IMG/VR virus record: IMGVR_UViG_3300034045_000104
Length of the DNA: 64,000 nt
DNA from: a virus
Lineage: Duplodnaviria > Heunggongvirae > Uroviricota > Caudoviricetes
Direction: 5' to 3' (one strand)
Of this stretch, positions 48,712 through 58,521 are shown in pieces. The notes under the pieces were generated by a model that was given only the letters and a program-made list of their open reading frames with translations, was not told where the DNA came from and ran no database searches. How positions within the stretch are numbered: the first letter of the stretch is position 1; the number at the start of each line of letters is the position of its first letter. The position numbers and the translations under genes were made by a program.

Positions 48712-49466
48712 GCCTCCTCACCAGAATACTAAAACTGTGTCAGAACCTCACCAAATAGTAAAATTGTGTCAGAACCTCACCAGAATAGCAAAACTGTGTC
48801 AGAACCTCACCAAATAGCAAAACTGTGCCAGAACCTCACCAAAATAATGAAATATACAAAAAAAACAAAGAAAACAGTGCGGTATTAACACGTTCTAGCA
48901 TAAGATTAGAGTTATATAGCATTAAAGCTCCCGAATATATGTAACTTCAACACACTAAATTGGGACTATTACGAGGTTCTGGTGAGGTTCTGACACAGTG
49001 TTTTGGGGTTATTGCGTGAATCTGGTGAGGTTCTGACACAGTATTTTGGGGTTATTGCGTGAATCTGGTGAGGTTTTAACACACTAAACTGGGACTATTA
49101 CGAGGTTCTGGTGAGGTTCTGACACAGTATTTTGGGGTTATTGCGTGAATATGGTGAGGTTTTAACACACTAAATTGGGACTATTACGAGGTTCTGGTGA
49201 GGTTTTAACACAGTGTTTTGGCGCTATTGCGTGAATCAAGTGAGGTTCTGACACGCTAATTAGGTGCTATTACGTGAATCTAATGAGGTTTCAACACACT
49301 AAATTGGGACTATAAACCGGTTCTGGTGAGGTTTTAACACAGTGTTCTGGGACTATTACGAGGTTCTGGTGAGGTTTTAACACAATTTTGGTGAGGTTTT
49401 AAAACAGCATGGTGAGGTTGTGAAACAACGTGGTGAGGTTGTGAAACAGTAAAAATATTTAAAACG
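48712..49466. repeat. large iteron-like repeat region with TGTGTCAGAACCTCACCA 18-mers in opposite orientations (4-5 copies left, about 13 right)
   Basis: The left array (48716-48848) has 32-33-bp units cctcaccaRaataSYaaaaYtgtgYcagaa. The right array (48961-49450) has alternating about 43-bp units, tggtgaggttctgacacagtRttttggggttattgcgtgaat and tggtgaggttttaacacactaaaYtgggactattacgaggttc, that decay to about 21-bp units (tggtgaggttgtgaaaca). An AT-rich tract follows at 49466-49556. Confidence 0.8.
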
Positions 49467-49556
49467 TATATACCACGCCGTCTATAGAGCTAAATATTTA
49501 GTTATATAATAATGTATTAATAATAATGTATTCTAACTAATGTTTAAAAACATTAA

Positions 49557-51215
49557 ATGATGAAAAAAAAAGATAAAAGGAAAAAAATGTTAAGCAAAGA
49601 AGAAGAAGAAAAAGAACGCATTAAAGAAAAGCTTAAAAAGCAATATTTAGAATCAGCGGAAACTGAGTATGATGATAATGAAAAAGTATCTAACAGTCTT
49701 CTTGATACTCCTTCCATGATAAATGCTCAAGCAAATAATATAAATGAACAAACCAAATTTGATGACGTAGACATTGATGATTTATGTGAGATAGGTGAAT
49801 CCAAAAACTTAAATTTAGATGATTACGAAATAATCACAGATACTACAGCATACGAAGATTATGGAATAAAACCATTTGAACATTTCGGGAATAAAAAAGT
49901 TGCTATAACAGAAGAAATTATAAACAAAAACAGATTGATCCAAACCGAAAGGAGTATAGAAAGGTATGTAGGGCAAATCTTTCCATCAAATAAATCAGAA
50001 AGATTAAACAAGGAATACAGCAAGCAATGGCCAGTAAAGGCAAGACATAAAATTTCTGGAAAAGTCATAACTGTGGGAACCCAAGGAATAAAGATAAAAC
50101 CATCGCTTGATAAACTTCGGTATACCACAGAGACATTGAAAATATATTGGGCACTAATATTTTTGTGGAACGCAAATGGCTGTCCAGAAGCTAATGTTGA
50201 GATTGAAAGCAATTTAAGTGATCTTTGTAAAATACTAACCATCGAAAAAAATGGGGAAGTATATAAAAGGCTAATCAAAGAATTATATTGCCTTAAGGAG
50301 ACAAGTTTAGAATTCTTGCGCTCGTTTGAAGTAAAGGGCGGGGAAAAATACAAATCCAGAAACATAAATATATTAACTGAATTCAATCACAATTATCGTG
50401 AGAAAACACAAAATAAATACGAAAAAGCATTAGAATTAGACAAAGAACACCAAAGCAAACAAAAATTTTCTTTTAAATTCAATTCTGACATTATTGAAAA
50501 CCTCAAAAACAAAGTAACAATCCCGGTTAACCTAAAAGTATTGAATTCAATTCGGTCATCTATTGCTCAAAGCATGTACACAAAAACCAACAAAATATTA
50601 ATGTGGCGGTATAAAGAAGCACTGAGAGGGGGGATAGTAGACTATGAAAATACAGCGCGAAGAATTGTTGGAGAAATAGGATTAAAACAAAAAAACTATA
50701 AATACCCATCAAGAAGAAAAGCATTAATAAATTTAATAGTCAAGGCTCTTGATGGAAAAGAATTAACACAACCAGGCTACACAATAAAAGCAGAATTATT
50801 TGATGCTGCAAACATGGATTACAAAGTAAGATTTACTTTGGTTGTGGATAAAACTAAAATAAAAAAATCAAATAGGCCAAAAGTTATTAATACTGATCCT
50901 GATGTAATAAGGACAATTATAGATAGAATCAAGGAATACATTCAACCAAAAACTAACAAAGATGATGACGCATATAAGATTTATGCACAAGTTTATTCTT
51001 ATGATCTTATTAATGTAGCTGTTGGCCAAGCTAGAGAAAAAGAAGAATATTTAAAAACAATAGGCAATGAAGTAACTAATAGAGGCGGCTGGTTTTCTAA
51101 TACACTTCACCAAGAAGTTCATAAAAAAAGGCTTAAATGGATTGATGGATGTGATGATAACAATGAAAGTTGTCCAATTTTAAAAAGATTAAAAAATGAA
51201 GGTTACATAGTCTAA
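49557..51215 (+). CDS. Lys-rich protein adjacent to the repeat array; candidate replication initiator or partition/centromere-binding protein
   Basis: 552-aa plus-strand ORF starting within 100 bp of the repeat and AT-rich region. It has a highly basic N-terminus and no recognisable catalytic motif. Confidence 0.45.
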   Translation: MMKKKDKRKKMLSKEEEEKERIKEKLKKQYLESAETEYDDNEKVSNSLLDTPSMINAQANNINEQTKFDDVDIDDLCEIGESKNLNLDDYEIITDTTAYEDYGIKPFEHFGNKKVAITEEIINKNRLIQTERSIERYVGQIFPSNKSERLNKEYSKQWPVKARHKISGKVITVGTQGIKIKPSLDKLRYTTETLKIYWALIFLWNANGCPEANVEIESNLSDLCKILTIEKNGEVYKRLIKELYCLKETSLEFLRSFEVKGGEKYKSRNINILTEFNHNYREKTQNKYEKALELDKEHQSKQKFSFKFNSDIIENLKNKVTIPVNLKVLNSIRSSIAQSMYTKTNKILMWRYKEALRGGIVDYENTARRIVGEIGLKQKNYKYPSRRKALINLIVKALDGKELTQPGYTIKAELFDAANMDYKVRFTLVVDKTKIKKSNRPKVINTDPDVIRTIIDRIKEYIQPKTNKDDDAYKIYAQVYSYDLINVAVGQAREKEEYLKTIGNEVTNRGGWFSNTLHQEVHKKRLKWIDGCDDNNESCPILKRLKNEGYIV

Positions 51216-51226
51216 ACAATAAGTAA

Positions 51227-51565
51227 TTATGTTGTTGTCTTAATGGGGTCAAATTTAAGACAATATTTAACAGTATCAGGAATAGGGGTGTTGTTTCGCA
51301 GCTTGCAAAAAGTTAGTGATCCACCACTACCAGAAAAGGCAACAATATCTGCATGCTTACAAACGGCGCATTTATTTGTTTGGCTCAAGATTTTGAATAG
51401 ATCAGCAAAGTGTCTGGATTTATAGTCAGGATCAAGTGAGGAGTCTTTTTTATTTTTAGTATAAATAGAAATCAAATCACTGACAGAATGCTTTTCACCA
51501 GTCGAAGAGATTAAGGAAGAAACGCCAATATTATTTAAGTGTAAAAGAAAACCGATATAATTCAT
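51227..51565 (-). CDS. hypothetical protein
   Basis: 112-aa ORF. Confidence 0.3.
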   Translation of the reverse strand: MNYIGFLLHLNNIGVSSLISSTGEKHSVSDLISIYTKNKKDSSLDPDYKSRHFADLFKILSQTNKCAVCKHADIVAFSGSGGSLTFCKLRNNTPIPDTVKYCLKFDPIKTTT

Positions 51566-51692
51566 AAATTAATCCCTCAAGAAAAGTTTGCACTGGCAGT
51601 AATGGCATAGACTGATAAAAACACAACAACCAGACCAACATTGTATAAAACCCGGTTATCATTGTCAATCACCTCCCAAAGCTAGAACCCAA

Positions 51693-52181
51693 TACTCAAT
51701 ATTAGGTATTGTACTATACACAAAGCACCACCAAACAAAGCCAAGAACCTACTAAACCATACCCAAGCATAGGTATTGCACTAGACCATAACACCTACCA
51801 CCCCATACAATCCCAAACTATATGCCCCGAGATCTTCCTGAAATAGCAATTTATTCCAGCCACCTTGTGCCATTAAGTAAGGCATATTTATGTTTATCTT
51901 TTGTATGTATGGGTATTTTAAGTTGAGCTTTTACATGTCCAGCTTGTTAATGTTTGGCTTATAATATGTCAATCATATTCATGTTAGCCTTAAATACGTT
52001 TGGCTTATAACAAGTTTGTCATGAGTCAGTATGGCACTTTTTAGTTTATATTATTATGTTATGGGGATTGGAGGAACGCTTAAGGTAAGTACAATACCTA
52101 ATAGTAAGTATTGTATAGAAAAGCTTTAGTTACAGGAGTCAAGCTTGAAAGGGGAGGGAATGTTGAGTACAATACCTACCG
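51693..52181. promoter_or_regulatory. structured non-coding region: four copies of 13-mer TAGGTATTGTACT (two direct, two inverted) flanking degenerate about 15-bp periodic repeats
   Basis: taggtattgtact at 51703 and taggtattgcact at 51770 on the plus strand. agtacaataccta at 52089 and agtacaatacctacc at 52166 are the reverse complement. Between them (51885-52025) lie about 9 imperfect repeats resembling nnATGTTTGGCTTAt. Confidence 0.45.
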
Positions 52182-52204
52182 TAAGGTATCTTAGGAGTTA
52201 AACT

Positions 52205-53017
52205 ATGAAAGCAGATGTAATATTTAGAAAAGCATATGATTATGAAAGAACCATTCTGGCACGCATGGCTAAGTGGGAATCCTCAGGACAAGCTGTTGCG
52301 TTGTTTGTTGATGAGCAGTATCCTGCAGCTTATGTCACCCAACTGTTGCCCCCAGCTTTCATTCGCAGGGTAGTGGCCGTAAAAGATGCTCAAGATTTCG
52401 CACAGATTACTGACCTAGTTCATGAAATGAATAAATACTACAAGATGGCAGTTATTGCAGATCATGATGGCGATGAAAAGGCCTACAAAGGGCCAATGAA
52501 TCGATTTGCTGTGTGTGTTAAAGATGTGTTGTATGCAAGACATGTGCTCAAACAAAGCTGGGAGTCTATCAACGACTTTAAAAAGAGCCCCTTTGATTAC
52601 ATTCCTCTTATTTCAGTGAAAACTAAATGGGACCAAACACTTACCAATCTACAAAAGGAAGAAAAACTTTGTGAGTACGGTACCGTGCTATTAGCCAATG
52701 GCATCCAAAATGAATTCAAACATGGTACCTTGTATGGCCAAATAGATGGCATCAGAAAATATGGTAATGCACCAGGGCTTATAATTAGATCTCCAACTGG
52801 CACCCATCATAAAATGCACCTTAAATTTAAAGACCCTGAGTTAAAAACTAAAACCCTGGCTTGTGGCTATATTATTAGTAACGGTGAATTTGATGTTTTT
52901 AAAACAAAGCCAAGGACAAGGAAAAGACAGATTCAAGATATTCGAGAACAAATCAATCTGCCTATTTATACAGCCAATAGAACATTTTGGAAGGCAAAAG
53001 CCAATGAAATGAGCTGA
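52205..53017 (+). CDS. hypothetical protein
   Basis: 270-aa plus-strand ORF with no motifs. SD-like aggag lies upstream. Confidence 0.45.
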   Translation: MKADVIFRKAYDYERTILARMAKWESSGQAVALFVDEQYPAAYVTQLLPPAFIRRVVAVKDAQDFAQITDLVHEMNKYYKMAVIADHDGDEKAYKGPMNRFAVCVKDVLYARHVLKQSWESINDFKKSPFDYIPLISVKTKWDQTLTNLQKEEKLCEYGTVLLANGIQNEFKHGTLYGQIDGIRKYGNAPGLIIRSPTGTHHKMHLKFKDPELKTKTLACGYIISNGEFDVFKTKPRTRKRQIQDIREQINLPIYTANRTFWKAKANEMS

Positions 53018-53052
53018 TATGCTCCCATAGATAAATGAATTGGCGTATACAA

Positions 53053-53973
53053 TTACATATCTAAAATTTGTGCAAGCTGGTCATTTATATAAATTGGATC
53101 AACAAGCCCGATTTTTGCCTTTTTAACTGCATCATCAACGTAAGATAAACCCGTGTGCCCATCTGAACACTTGGAGCTGCACCAAAATTCAGAAGCTCCA
53201 ATAAAATCACCTTTTTGGATATAAGACAAATATTCATCAGTCGGAATTAATATTTCAAAAACACCAGTTCTACCAACAATACCATTTATACAATGCTCAC
53301 AACCACTTTCATTAACAAACCTTAAGTTCATCATGTCCTGTGCAAACATATTTTTAATTACGACATGATATTTAGGACTTATAAACTTTTTAGCCTGAAC
53401 AAAATTTAATCTACAATGCTTACATAAAACATTAACAAGCCTTTGTGATATAACAGCTTTAACAGCGTTGTGCTTAATCATATCATTAATAGGTATATTA
53501 ATATCTGAAATCATTCTAGGAAATAAATGAGAGGCGTTTATTGAGTGTAGAGAAGATAACACCATATGTTTTTCGTCAATTAACCTAAACACTGCATTTG
53601 CAGTATTTAAATCACGTATCTCGCTAACCAATATTACATCAATTCCCTTTTTTGAAACAATGTTAATAGCATTGGAATAATTGACGTTTCTTTTATTTAC
53701 ACCATCACCAATGCCATGTAAAACCTGATTTTGCCTAACCCCATCAATATTATATTCTATAGGATCTTCTATAGAGCAAATTATTTTATTTGCTTGGTGA
53801 TAGTTATCAATGAATTCAAGCATTACTTTTAGTGTTGTGCTTTTTCCTGAGCCAGTTGGACCCACCACAAAAATACCACCATCTGAGGATTTCAAAATCG
53901 GTTTTAAAACAGCAATAACATCATTGCTAAAACCTATGTTTGTTAATTTAAATGAATTTGTAAACATCACCAT
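53053..53973 (-). CDS. GspE/PilB-family secretion ATPase, C-terminal ATPase domain only (no N-terminal domains)
   Basis: Walker A GPTGSGKSTTL, Asp box IEDPIEY, Walker B DVILVSEIRD, His box HMVLSSLHS, and the GspE-type tetracysteine Zn site CKHC...GCEHCINGIVGRTGVFEIL (compare GCxxCxxTGYxGRxGIxELL). Only about 35 residues precede Walker A. Confidence 0.75.
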   Translation of the reverse strand: MVMFTNSFKLTNIGFSNDVIAVLKPILKSSDGGIFVVGPTGSGKSTTLKVMLEFIDNYHQANKIICSIEDPIEYNIDGVRQNQVLHGIGDGVNKRNVNYSNAINIVSKKGIDVILVSEIRDLNTANAVFRLIDEKHMVLSSLHSINASHLFPRMISDINIPINDMIKHNAVKAVISQRLVNVLCKHCRLNFVQAKKFISPKYHVVIKNMFAQDMMNLRFVNESGCEHCINGIVGRTGVFEILIPTDEYLSYIQKGDFIGASEFWCSSKCSDGHTGLSYVDDAVKKAKIGLVDPIYINDQLAQILDM

Positions 53974-53986
53974 AATTATATTCTAT

Positions 53987-54187
53987 TTATAATTTACCAT
54001 TTACAGTTTGAGGTTTGTCAAAAAATAGAACAACCAGCCATGACATAATTACCAATAAAACAATATTTAAAATATCGAGCAAAAGGTTATTAAAAATGAA
54101 GATTACTGCCAACACCATATAAAGTAATGATGTTTTAGCTGCAATTTTATAAATACGTTTTTCACTATGTTTCGCTTCTTTAGTCAT
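53987..54187 (-). CDS. small membrane protein (2 predicted TM helices)
   Basis: 66-aa ORF with hydrophobic stretches LLYMVLAVIFIF and IVLLVIMSWLVVLFF. Confidence 0.4.
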   Translation of the reverse strand: MTKEAKHSEKRIYKIAAKTSLLYMVLAVIFIFNNLLLDILNIVLLVIMSWLVVLFFDKPQTVNGKL

Positions 54188-54228
54188 ATTAATTTCCTTT
54201 GAATTTGTAATAATGCCAGTTATTTTGG

Positions 54229-54510
54229 CTAAACCTTTACAGTGCCATAAGCCAAATATTGTAAGCTATAACCGCTAGTAATGGTAAAAAATAAAGACAT
54301 CAAATAATCAATCGCTAGCTGTCCAAATAAAATAACATTTGCTACAATAAAAACTGTAGATGTTAAATTAATTAACAGTTCCTTTGTAAAAGAAACGTCA
54401 AATCCGTTAACAGCGGCATAAATAGCCAAAAACAAACCGGATAAAACAAATATATATATTGTAAGAACCAATACATCAACAATATATTTAAAAAACACTT
54501 TTAACTTCAT
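54229..54510 (-). CDS. small membrane protein (about 3 TM)
   Basis: 93-aa hydrophobic ORF. Confidence 0.4.
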   Translation of the reverse strand: MKLKVFFKYIVDVLVLTIYIFVLSGLFLAIYAAVNGFDVSFTKELLINLTSTVFIVANVILFGQLAIDYLMSLFFTITSGYSLQYLAYGTVKV

Positions 54511-54543
54511 GATTTAATTCTCCTAGTGGGTTAGTGATTTCAT

Positions 54544-54792
54544 TTATTTTGGTTCAATCACGTCATTCTGTATTTCTTTGTGTAATTTATCTTTATTCAA
54601 ATTAAAATGAACAAAGTCAAACAACGTATATAAAAAAAATAATGCGCAATACACCATAAATACTATGATTGATGCATATATATAATGGTCATAAATATTG
54701 TCTTTATTTAAGACTATATCTAATGCACCCAAAAAGAGAAAAACCGTAAGGCACATTTGAAGTACCATTTTTAGATTAATCTTTGAATTCAC
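54544..54792 (-). CDS. small membrane protein (2 TM)
   Basis: 82-aa hydrophobic ORF. Confidence 0.4.
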   Translation of the reverse strand: MNSKINLKMVLQMCLTVFLFLGALDIVLNKDNIYDHYIYASIIVFMVYCALFFLYTLFDFVHFNLNKDKLHKEIQNDVIEPK

Positions 54793-55024
54793 GTTCTTCT
54801 CCTTCTTTTAGTTTATTTAATGTTCGTGCGTACAAACGACTTCTTATCACTTTTAATCCCTTATCCCTAGCATTCCTCATTGAAGAAAAAAATTCATTTG
54901 TTAAAACTATTTTTTCACCCGTTGGTTTGTGGACACACTTAACGTACCATATGATCCTACTCATACCCGTAAAATCATTTAAGAACCCAGAAATTACATC
55001 TACATCTGTTATTTTATATTTCAT
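54776..55024 (-). CDS. small basic soluble protein
   Basis: 82-aa ORF with a 17-bp overlap to the downstream membrane protein gene. Confidence 0.35.
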   Translation of the reverse strand: MKYKITDVDVISGFLNDFTGMSRIIWYVKCVHKPTGEKIVLTNEFFSSMRNARDKGLKVIRSRLYARTLNKLKEGEEREFKD

Positions 55025-55173
55025 TAGAATAATCTCATAATACGTTATTTTAACTCAAGAAACCATTTCCAATGCTCCGGCTTCCATAAATTAGGATTGT
55101 TAACGTCTTCACTGTCTGTTGGTGGATATTGAACGCCCAGGCCAACAATGGCCTTGTTAATATGTTTTCTATG

Positions 55174-55437
55174 TCAATCAAGCAACGTATTTGCTTTAAT
55201 GCTCTGTTGCTCTGTTAATAATGATTGGTCCATTGTTGAAACATTTTTTAATTTACGACCTTGTAATATCCACTGGTCTTTAGTTACCCCTCTCTCATAC
55301 TTAGATGACCCACACATTGAAATAGCTTTGTCTTGACCAGAAAGGTAATTTAAAAACCCATTAAATAGTTTAATAAAGCACCAGCCTATAAAAACTCCCA
55401 GAGCTATTGTAAATATTAAAATTATATCAATATTCAT
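55174..55437 (-). CDS. small membrane protein (N-terminal TM anchor)
   Basis: 87-aa ORF beginning MNIDIILIFTIALGVFIGWCFIKLF. Confidence 0.35.
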   Translation of the reverse strand: MNIDIILIFTIALGVFIGWCFIKLFNGFLNYLSGQDKAISMCGSSKYERGVTKDQWILQGRKLKNVSTMDQSLLTEQQSIKANTLLD

Positions 55438-55650
55438 AATTTATTCCTCCTTACTTTCAATCTTAGCCTTTAAATATTCACTTGCATCTTTAATTTCAAA
55501 AATAACGAAAGGTACAAAGAGAATGCTAAATACAATTGCTATAAACAGAGATGCGATTCCTAAATCATGTGGCATATATAAATTCCTATTATTGTGATAG
55601 ATTTGTTTTTCATAAAAACACTTTAATTAATTTAGCCCTATTGTATTGAT

Positions 55651-56016
55651 TTACCAATAATAATAAAAATAGGGCACAATAAATAACAACACAGCAAATC
55701 CTGCCTGTAACAGACCTAGATTATTGATTCTTTTTACATACCTTAAATACAGCGACCTGACTAAAAGAACAACACCACCAAAAGCAAGAAGCTTAAGGGC
55801 AAGTTGACCCAAGGCCATTCTTGCTTCGTATACCCTATCATAATTTAATGGCATAGGCGCACCATCATCAAATATAGATAGAAAGCCAATTATAACCAGT
55901 ATCAAAAAGACAGTAAAACCCACACCCAACATTAAACCTATTAATGTATCCACTACTTTGTTTTTCTTTTTTATAACTTTAGTTTTTCCCATAACAACCT
56001 CAATTTGGTTCATCAC
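55651..56016 (-). CDS. membrane protein (about 3 TM)
   Basis: 121-aa hydrophobic ORF. Confidence 0.4.
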   Translation of the reverse strand: MMNQIEVVMGKTKVIKKKNKVVDTLIGLMLGVGFTVFLILVIIGFLSIFDDGAPMPLNYDRVYEARMALGQLALKLLAFGGVVLLVRSLYLRYVKRINNLGLLQAGFAVLLFIVPYFYYYW

Positions 56017-56052
56017 TTTTCATATGACTACAGCCATAATTCTACAATACTT

Positions 56053-56676
56053 CTAACCCCAAACAATGGCAACCTCTATACCTAAAATAAGCTGATCATC
56101 GTGCTGCTCATCTGCTTCAACCGCAGACTTACCCTTGGCCTTTTTAACAGGCTTTGGGGCAAGCACCTCATACTTTTCATACATATCCTGTTGGCCAGGA
56201 CGCTGTTCCACAGGAACACATTCAACATATTCCTTGCGCTGCTTATTCATAATATTAGGTGTTGCAGAAATCCGCAATACAGGATTTAACTCTAATTTAT
56301 TTAAATGATCATATAATCGTTTTAAATTACCACATAAATCCCGCTGGTACCGCTCTGCCAACAAAGGGGTATGTACAATGGAACCATCTACTCCTCGATG
56401 AAACTCTGTTCGCAGCATTCTTTTAATGCGCGAATTTTCCATACCTTTTAGTAACTCAACACTGCCGTCAGAACCAAACCACCCAACCACCAAGGATGGT
56501 AAATAGGATGCTGCGAATTCCAAGCGTGGCCTCAACTCTGAAATCATGTATTTAAACTCACGTTCCAATTTGTTTTGTTGATCTTTTTTGCGCTGCTTTT
56601 CAAGTGCTATGCCCTGCTGTTCTTGTTGCTTAACAGCAGCCCCATAAATGTTCTTAAGCGAATCTAAATCTATCAT
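56053..56676 (-). CDS. hypothetical protein
   Basis: 207-aa ORF, soluble, with a charged coiled-coil-like N-terminus. Confidence 0.4.
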   Translation of the reverse strand: MIDLDSLKNIYGAAVKQQEQQGIALEKQRKKDQQNKLEREFKYMISELRPRLEFAASYLPSLVVGWFGSDGSVELLKGMENSRIKRMLRTEFHRGVDGSIVHTPLLAERYQRDLCGNLKRLYDHLNKLELNPVLRISATPNIMNKQRKEYVECVPVEQRPGQQDMYEKYEVLAPKPVKKAKGKSAVEADEQHDDQLILGIEVAIVWG

Positions 56677-56763
56677 ATGCTTTTCTCTAATTATCTATTT
56701 ATACATTGTGTCCTAGCCACAACCCATATAATAACATCCAGATGATAGATGCTCAAGACCCAA

Positions 56764-57183
56764 TCAACCATTCAAAGCCAAAAGACAAGGCATAACATCG
56801 ACAAGACGATAATAACCCTTACACTCAAATTCGAGTCCATCACTGCTGTATGCCTGGAATACGAACTCATTACCATTATCACCATCTGGAAGCTCTCTAT
56901 CTGTCATATCAATTGGCAGATGTAAAGCAGGCGGTGTGGATGTAGCATTTTCAAACATAACCTCTAAACACTCAATGTCATCCATTTGCCCTCTGGAGAC
57001 AATTACATGTTCACATTTTTTCATAGCCTCAATGTCATAAAGTTTTGAATCTGGGATAAACAATCTCCCAAAACCCGGACGCCAAGACAAATACGCACGG
57101 CCAGCTGCAGCATGTGCTGTACTAAAATAATTTGTACTCAAAAACTGCGAGCCCTTTGTTTTTATTGTTATCAACTCACTCAT
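56764..57183 (-). CDS. hypothetical protein
   Basis: 139-aa ORF. Confidence 0.4.
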   Translation of the reverse strand: MSELITIKTKGSQFLSTNYFSTAHAAAGRAYLSWRPGFGRLFIPDSKLYDIEAMKKCEHVIVSRGQMDDIECLEVMFENATSTPPALHLPIDMTDRELPDGDNGNEFVFQAYSSDGLEFECKGYYRLVDVMPCLLALNG

Positions 57184-57347
57184 AAAATATCCTCATTTTT
57201 ACTAATTATATAAACGATACCAATCCTGATACCGGCATAAATTTTAAAAAGTTTCATGCTCACTTAAAACCCTACATTGCATCATTCACAAACAATCCAT
57301 GCCCGTGCCAGGATAACACCAACAAAGCTATTACCAATACTACCAAG

Positions 57348-57686
57348 TCAAACCGAGCTATAAGCTAAACTAATTAACAATGGTCCCAACTTTGAAATAG
57401 AAATAATTGTTGAAAAGATAAAAAAGAATAACCAGAGATTCACTATATTTTTAAAATACTCCTTTTGCACACCATCACGAAACAACAATTTAGTAGCTAA
57501 AGATAAAGGAATAGCTACAGTAACACCAAGAAGCCAGTAAAACAGATATTTAAAATTTCCAATATTCCAATATGAAAAATGCGATAAAAAGTAATATGTA
57601 TATGACAATGTAATTATTAATATTATAAATGTCCAAACAAACATATAGAAGCCATTCTTCTCAAAATTGTTATTAGTCATCATCAC
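57348..57686 (-). CDS. membrane protein (about 4 TM)
   Basis: 112-aa hydrophobic ORF that overlaps the upstream gene by 14 bp. Confidence 0.4.
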   Translation of the reverse strand: MMMTNNNFEKNGFYMFVWTFIILIITLSYTYYFLSHFSYWNIGNFKYLFYWLLGVTVAIPLSLATKLLFRDGVQKEYFKNIVNLWLFFFIFSTIISISKLGPLLISLAYSSV

Positions 57687-58383
57687 ACTCCTTAATCACA
57701 TCATTAGATTTATTTACAACACCACCTGATATTCGTTTAACATACATACTCTCTACACCTTTAACAACCCCTTCAAATCCAATCGGCTTTAAACATAGAT
57801 CTAGATGTTTACTTTTTTCCATCTCTCTTCTTTTTTGTTCAATATCAAGCAATGATTGCCTATACCTTTTAAATTCATCCCCAACAAATACAGCGTATTT
57901 CGCCCTAAAAACACAATTAGCTCTTCCTGCAACCATGAAAATATCAACATTCCTTGAATTGACCATATATGGCTTTGGAAAAGCTTTATTCATTAAATCT
58001 TGAAAGTATTCAATTTCATTATCATTATAATAGGAGCATAGTTTATTTAGTCCAGTTTCATCAGTTGTATCTTCACTTAGATAATCGCTAGGATCACTCC
58101 TAAACTCAGTAGGCCTCTCCTCTATAATTTTATAAAGAGCATTATCATCTTGCTCTTTGGTTGACGTAAAATACAACTTTATTCCACGTACATTTGTCTC
58201 AGGAAACACATAATTAAACTCAGGATTAACCCGTAAAAACGTTTTTAATGCCTTAGCTATTATGCCAACATCATTCTCAACAACAGATTTCCTAACATGG
58301 GTTGTATCAAACCAGTAAAAGAAACTAAAAACGACCAGCAGCCAAAACGCATTTAAATAACCTATATATTTGTTCTTTTTCAT
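57673..58383 (-). CDS. membrane-anchored protein (N-terminal TM plus about 200-aa extracytoplasmic or soluble domain)
   Basis: 236-aa ORF beginning MKKNKYIGYLNAFWLLVVFSFFYWF. Confidence 0.4.
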   Translation of the reverse strand: MKKNKYIGYLNAFWLLVVFSFFYWFDTTHVRKSVVENDVGIIAKALKTFLRVNPEFNYVFPETNVRGIKLYFTSTKEQDDNALYKIIEERPTEFRSDPSDYLSEDTTDETGLNKLCSYYNDNEIEYFQDLMNKAFPKPYMVNSRNVDIFMVAGRANCVFRAKYAVFVGDEFKRYRQSLLDIEQKRREMEKSKHLDLCLKPIGFEGVVKGVESMYVKRISGGVVNKSNDVIKECDDD

Positions 58384-58521
58384 TAACTCACTCTCTCATA
58401 TAACAACATAAACCACACCACCTAAAATATTATATCACACAATTACAAACACTAGCATTGCTGACATATTGCCAGGTTGCATATCGATATATTCACCCAA
58501 AGCGCCAACATTAAAACCCTA

